Source: Candidatus Cloacimonadales bacterium (GTDB lineage: Bacteria > Cloacimonadota > Cloacimonadia > Cloacimonadales > DAONDQ01). From it: 64,000 nt of DNA. The position numbers and the translations under genes were made by a program. Below the pieces are notes generated by a model that had not been told where the DNA came from, made no database searches, and saw only the letters and a program-made list of their open reading frames with translations. Below, piece by piece: positions 59,207-64,000 of this stretch; positions within the stretch are counted from its first letter, which is position 1; each line of letters starts with the position of its first letter. The stretch lies in the NCBI GenBank assembly GCA_963662275.1, contig OY759316.1, positions 1,888,001-1,952,000 on the forward strand, given 5' to 3'.

Positions 59207-62200
59207 CTACCTGACTGCCTTCACATAGTAAAACATCCTATCAATTCCTGTTGTACCGGAAGTCCACGTAGCTCTACTCTTTGTGCCTGCCCCCATATTT
59301 TTACTGTTGAAACTACCTGACGAAGTAACATCGATGAATGTCCCGTATGGATTGCTGCAAGCGTATACATTGTAGGAAGTTGCAGTAGTGACGGCATCCC
59401 AACTGAGTTTGATGTTTTCTCCTATGGTTTCGACTGCCAGATTTTGCGGGGTATTAAGTGCCTGGTACGGATTTACATGCACATTCACTGGAATCGTATG
59501 CTGAGGATTATCAGGTTCATTGCTGGTTATGATTATATTGCTAGTGAAATCACCTGCCCACAATGCATCTGCATTTAATTTAACTATTACCTGGTTTGTA
59601 CTATACGCGTTGACTGTTCCAGACCATGAATTCACAGAGACCATAGGGCAGATTTTGATAGCTAAATTGCTATGAATATAGGAAGCATTACGCACTATTT
59701 GCAGTCCCTGGGTACCATCCTGATTTTCAATTCCAACTGCACAGAGGTTGTTTAATGCACTCGCATTCAGATATTGCATCGTTATACAGCCATCTGAATT
59801 TAAAATCACTTCAAATGTTTCAAAATAACCTGATGTGATATAATGCGAGTAATTCTGATACTCAATAATCACTCTGTTGTTTGAAGAATCATCATAAAAA
59901 TAGATATGTGCATCCCAAGTTTCAGCGCTTAGATCTTCCCAGTATGCCGCGATGAGATTGTTAGGTTCGTTTGCATCAGGGATTGGGTAACTGTCAATAT
60001 CAGAACCTTCATAGCCTGTGTTAAATGTCAGTAACCCATTCGTCGATATTTGTACCTGGTTATAAGAGCTATTGAAGTATGGAAAGTTAAACGGAAGTTG
60101 CATGATTTTGTATCCATCATCTGAGTCTCCATAATCGATCACCTCATTGGTTATGATCTCAGTCCCCAAAGATGAAATATCAATCCAGTTAAACGCAGGT
60201 CCTCCCGCTTGATCACTATCGACCCAGGAATATGAATAACTTCCTGGTGTTCCACTGCCTCTTGTTGAAGCATTGCTATTGTTTCTTGAGCTTCCATTCA
60301 CACTAATCGTATAATTCAGTGGTTGATCACCTGTATTTTCGATTGACAGAGTTGTATTTGCATTGTCTCCGACATACAGGGTCTGAGTTATGGATGTTGG
60401 TGTTATATTCATTGCTGGACTTTGAATATGTCCAATTAAGAACTGACCTGTAGTAGCGATATTATTGAAAGTGACAGTATTAAGATCCGCATTCACTGAG
60501 GTAGCAGAAGCAATTAATTGCCAGTTTGCATCCGAACTGCTTCCTCGTCTGTAAAGTTTGATATCGCTTGGTTTGTACTGGTTCGACAATGTCAGGTCTT
60601 CACTTACAGTAAATGTCAAATTCGCAGCAAAACTACCAAACCCGAAACGATTCATCTCCCAATATTGAGAATCATAAACATTCGTTAAACCGGAAGGTAT
60701 TTCATTCGGGCTACCATTCAGCTTTGTGACTGTAAATCTTGAACCATTTGCAGTTGTGAAGAAAGAACTTAATCCGGTACCAGTAAAGGTGACAGTTCCT
60801 GTTGTTTCATTCTGTGAGTTTGTAACACCTGAAGAAAAAGGTATTGTTGAACTTACCCAGTCTTCATTTCCCATATTAACAAGGGTTCCATTATTCAAGG
60901 AAACATAATCATATGATCTTGTTCCAGTCATTTCGTTGAATTGCCAATAACTAATCAATCCTGTTTCAGAACCGGTCAAAGGCAGGTACATACTTTCACG
61001 GATTTGATCAGGAGTCCTTGCCATATTCCAAATACGTACTTCATCCATAGCTCCGTTGAATAATTGTCCGCCACTTGTACCGCAACCGAGGACTTTATCA
61101 CTTGTATTTGAAACAAATGAATAGCTGTTATCGTCGGATATAGCTTGTGAAACACCATTGATATAGATATGCTGAATTCCTCCACCACTTCCAGGACTCA
61201 TTCCATCACGAGTATAGGCAATATGCACCCATTCACCTGTAGAAATGGCATTGTCTCCGGTTTGAGCAAACCACCTGTTAACCCCGCTAACTGCGACACG
61301 ACCAGTTCCACCTGAGCCTGTTCCGACTTCCAATTGGAATGAACCTGCCTGGTTATTGAGCCTGGTGGAGAAGATACCTGAGCGTCCTGCCAGGCTGTTT
61401 GGCTTTATCCAGGCTTCAATGGTGATATAATCTCCTGTATTGAAGGAACCGCTATTTCCAAGATTGACATAATCATTTACACCATCGAAGGTTAGAGCTG
61501 TTCCGTTTGAATTACTGATTGTCGGATAATTTCGACAGACCAGGAATTGGCTGCATTCTGAAATACCCGAGAACGTTGCCTGGTTTAGCGCTGCATTCAC
61601 ACTGGTGGCAGTTTTTATGACATTCCAGTTTCCATCAGTGTTGCGTGCACGTGAATACAATCTAATCTGGTTAGGATGTGCCTGATCATCAGCAGTCAGA
61701 TCTTCGCTTACAGTAAGTGTCACATTCCCATTGAAAGACCCTGTGCCATAGCGATGGACTACCCAGTATTGGTTATCAAACACTTCATTCATACCTGTCG
61801 GAATAGTGTTCGGGCTTGCATTGATTTTATTCACCGTTACGGAAGCCGAGTTGTGTGTTGTATAACTCATTGATAGGTCTGTGTTTGTGAAAGATACTAC
61901 ACCGGCAGCCTCCGTTTGAGTATTGCTGACACCACTTCCAAAAGGAACTGTTGAACCTACCCAGTCGTCATTTGTCATATTATTCATCGTACCATTACAG
62001 TAATTAATGATATCCAGGACACTGGTTCCTGATGACTCATTGAATTGCCAGTAGTTTACGAGACCTGCTTCCATTCCTGTAAGAGAAAGGTGCATATTTT
62101 CACGTATTTGTGCTTGGGAACGGGCATAGTTCCAGATACGCATTTCATCCATTTTACCATCGAATGTTTCTCCGTAACTGCTCAATGAAAAATTGCCGGA

Positions 62201-64000
62201 AGGTGGATACAAGCTGCTGGAAACTACAGCGCTTTTGATAAGTGTACCATTTAAATACAATTTGAGATTATTCCCGTCAAAAGTACCTGCTACATGCATC
62301 CATTCTCCTGTTACCAGTACACTATCAGCTTTGAATCCAAATAATGAACCATTTTGTCTTTTTATATAGAAATGCAGTGCCTTATAACCGCCATAGATGG
62401 TTCCATCATAACGTAAAACAGCCGTTTCAGGTGCTAGGGTAATGTATCTTTGCACTGTTCCGTTCAGGCTGTTGTGATTAATCCACGCTTCTATTGTAAA
62501 GGCGGTCAGAGAAGTATTAATTCCTGTTCCGGTAACATAATCACCACTTCCATCAAAGTTTAGAGCGTTACCTGGAATACTGACCGGACCTAAGGTGGTA
62601 AAAGACCAAATGGGGCAATCACTTGCATTACCACCGGAATTGTAAGGAACAACCTGCCAGTAGTATGTCGTATTCATAGCCAGTTGGGTGGAAGGGGTGT
62701 ATGATGTACTGGTGCCAATATCCATGTTGCTTGCAATTGATGAAGGTGGTGTTACACCATTGCCGTCAGTACCAAAATTTAACATGTATCCGGTTGGTGA
62801 TCCGGAACCCTCTGCCCAATGTAATGAAATATTACGTATAATATTATTTGCGGCATCGGAAGGTGACACAAGGACAGCCGGGCTGGGTGGAATTTCTTCG
62901 ATCAGGACATCATCAATCATAATAGGTCCGCCTCCAGAACCATACAACCTGAAGGCAATGAACTTTGTTCCTTCAAATGCGGAGAGATCAAGTGTGATTG
63001 GTGTCCATTCCGTGGGCATTTCATCGCCAGTCCAGTAGTCAGCCAACCCGTTCCCGAAACTCGAGGGATCATTGTTATTATTTCCAATCTGCACTTCCAC
63101 AACGTTACCTGGGTCGGTGCCACCCCTAATCCAGAATTTCAACCAATAATCACGTGTACCAAGATTCAACGCCGGTGTGATCAGAAGGTTTTCATCACCC
63201 CATTCTGAAAAAGCCAAAGCTGACCCTGAGCTATTGTATCCAGCACCATTTCTTTCCCAAGGATTTTCACCGCTTACAACAATTTGCGTCCATTGTGCTG
63301 GAGCCGCTGGAGATCCTTGCCAAGCTGCCTCAAAATCCTGTAAATAGGGAAAGCTATCTACATGGTAGAAGGCATCTGTGGTGATGGATACAGTTGGTGC
63401 GATTCCACCGGTTTTGTAATTGATATCACTTGAGGAATTCGTATATGGGTAAATAACAAAATCATATGTGGCTGCAGCCGATAATCCTGTAAAAGTATAA
63501 GTATTGGTTCCAACCGTATGTACAACATTGACTGCTGCATTATTGTCTGACCAATTGCTATCATCAGGTACAGGAATTCCATCTGTAACGGTTGCAAAAG
63601 ATCCAGATCCTTTTTTGGCTAAAATCAGATATTTTATTGGCAACTGGGTTCCAACTGAACCTGTCCAGGAAAGACTAATTGTCGCTGGATCATAACCTGT
63701 AGAGATAAAATTGGTCGGGAAATTGGTTGGTTCCGGGTAAACAACTAAAGAAGGTAATGTAACATCATCTATAAAAAGATAATACATATTTGTTGAAATT
63801 GCTTGGATAGCGACATATATATTCTGTCCGGTATAAGATGACAAATCATAAGTGTAGAAAGTATAATAATAGCCTGGAGTTACTTCAGTGGCAAGTGTAA
63901 CTGAAAAATCACCTGCTTGGTTCGTCAAAGTTGATAATTTTACATTGAACTTCTCGGGAAACTCCATATCCAAATTTTTTGCCCAGAAAGAAAAAACATG
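59207..64000 (-). CDS. Large secreted protein, 5' truncated by window: choice-of-anchor-J/Fn3, 2x LamG-like, nidogen-like, FYYVKAVR domain (gene H)
   Basis: Frame stays open to 64000 (HVFSFWAKNLDME...); E-like N-terminal half and B/C-like C-terminal half. Confidence 0.85.
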   Translation of the reverse strand, partial: HVFSFWAKNLDMEFPEKFNVKLSTLTNQAGDFSVTLATEVTPGYYYTFYTYDLSSYTGQNIYVAIQAISTNMYYLFIDDVTLPSLVVYPEPTNFPTNFISTGYDPATISLSWTGSVGTQLPIKYLILAKKGSGSFATVTDGIPVPDDSNWSDNNAAVNVVHTVGTNTYTFTGLSAAATYDFVIYPYTNSSSDINYKTGGIAPTVSITTDAFYHVDSFPYLQDFEAAWQGSPAAPAQWTQIVVSGENPWERNGAGYNSSGSALAFSEWGDENLLITPALNLGTRDYWLKFWIRGGTDPGNVVEVQIGNNNNDPSSFGNGLADYWTGDEMPTEWTPITLDLSAFEGTKFIAFRLYGSGGGPIMIDDVLIEEIPPSPAVLVSPSDAANNIIRNISLHWAEGSGSPTGYMLNFGTDGNGVTPPSSIASNMDIGTSTSYTPSTQLAMNTTYYWQVVPYNSGGNASDCPIWSFTTLGPVSIPGNALNFDGSGDYVTGTGINTSLTAFTIEAWINHNSLNGTVQRYITLAPETAVLRYDGTIYGGYKALHFYIKRQNGSLFGFKADSVLVTGEWMHVAGTFDGNNLKLYLNGTLIKSAVVSSSLYPPSGNFSLSSYGETFDGKMDEMRIWNYARSQAQIRENMHLSLTGMEAGLVNYWQFNESSGTSVLDIINYCNGTMNNMTNDDWVGSTVPFGSGVSNTQTEAAGVVSFTNTDLSMSYTTHNSASVTVNKINASPNTIPTGMNEVFDNQYWVVHRYGTGSFNGNVTLTVSEDLTADDQAHPNQIRLYSRARNTDGNWNVIKTATSVNAALNQATFSGISECSQFLVCRNYPTISNSNGTALTFDGVNDYVNLGNSGSFNTGDYITIEAWIKPNSLAGRSGIFSTRLNNQAGSFQLEVGTGSGGTGRVAVSGVNRWFAQTGDNAISTGEWVHIAYTRDGMSPGSGGGIQHIYINGVSQAISDDNSYSFVSNTSDKVLGCGTSGGQLFNGAMDEVRIWNMARTPDQIRESMYLPLTGSETGLISYWQFNEMTGTRSYDYVSLNNGTLVNMGNEDWVSSTIPFSSGVTNSQNETTGTVTFTGTGLSSFFTTANGSRFTVTKLNGSPNEIPSGLTNVYDSQYWEMNRFGFGSFAANLTFTVSEDLTLSNQYKPSDIKLYRRGSSSDANWQLIASATSVNADLNTVTFNNIATTGQFLIGHIQSPAMNITPTSITQTLYVGDNANTTLSIENTGDQPLNYTISVNGSSRNNSNASTRGSGTPGSYSYSWVDSDQAGGPAFNWIDISSLGTEIITNEVIDYGDSDDGYKIMQLPFNFPYFNSSYNQVQISTNGLLTFNTGYEGSDIDSYPIPDANEPNNLIAAYWEDLSAETWDAHIYFYDDSSNNRVIIEYQNYSHYITSGYFETFEVILNSDGCITMQYLNASALNNLCAVGIENQDGTQGLQIVRNASYIHSNLAIKICPMVSVNSWSGTVNAYSTNQVIVKLNADALWAGDFTSNIIITSNEPDNPQHTIPVNVHVNPYQALNTPQNLAVETIGENIKLSWDAVTTATSYNVYACSNPYGTFIDVTSSGSFNSKNMGAGTKSRATWTSGTTGIDRMFYYVKAVR

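Noticed and set aside
31878..60007. Diversity-generating retroelement TR/VR pair
   Set aside because: No reverse transcriptase, both copies lie within long coding genes, and mismatches are not confined to adenines.
29541..64000. Many 60-190 aa antisense or alternate-frame ORFs inside the array genes
   Set aside because: Fully overlapped by long motif-rich genes; they recur only because the host genes are paralogous.

Overview
AT-rich bacterial window. The FlgD/T9SS-like C-terminal domains, PorV-like gene and choice-of-anchor-J/LamG proteins point to the FCB group, probably Cloacimonadota (inference). It has four parts. (1) 1-3.6 kb: the 5' part of a BREX defence operon (HTH-brxA-brxB-brxC, running off the left edge), bounded by an array of 21-bp direct repeats. 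(2) 5.9-21.1 kb: a 10-gene starch/maltodextrin locus with no susC/susD. It contains a fused SBP-permease ABC gene, two FlgD/T9SS-tailed non-catalytic proteins, a PorV-like barrel, two unassigned outer-membrane barrel candidates (one CBM48-fused), two lipoproteins and a lipidated GH13 with four CBM48 domains. (3) 21-29.5 kb: housekeeping and redox genes (tsaB, PAS-only sensor, asparaginase, NqrF-like reductase, EFR1 ferredoxin, flavin reductase). (4) 29.5-64 kb: at least eight co-oriented paralogous secreted proteins built from shuffled modules, with direct signs of gene conversion and internal recombination. Seven share a non-T9SS C-terminal domain (six end FY(Y/K)VKAVR), and most gaps between them carry mosaics of GTAG-REP palindromes, nested hairpins and heptamer repeats. 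No rRNA, tRNA, true CRISPR array, transposase or integrase was recognised. All family calls come from motif recognition by eye, not database searches.
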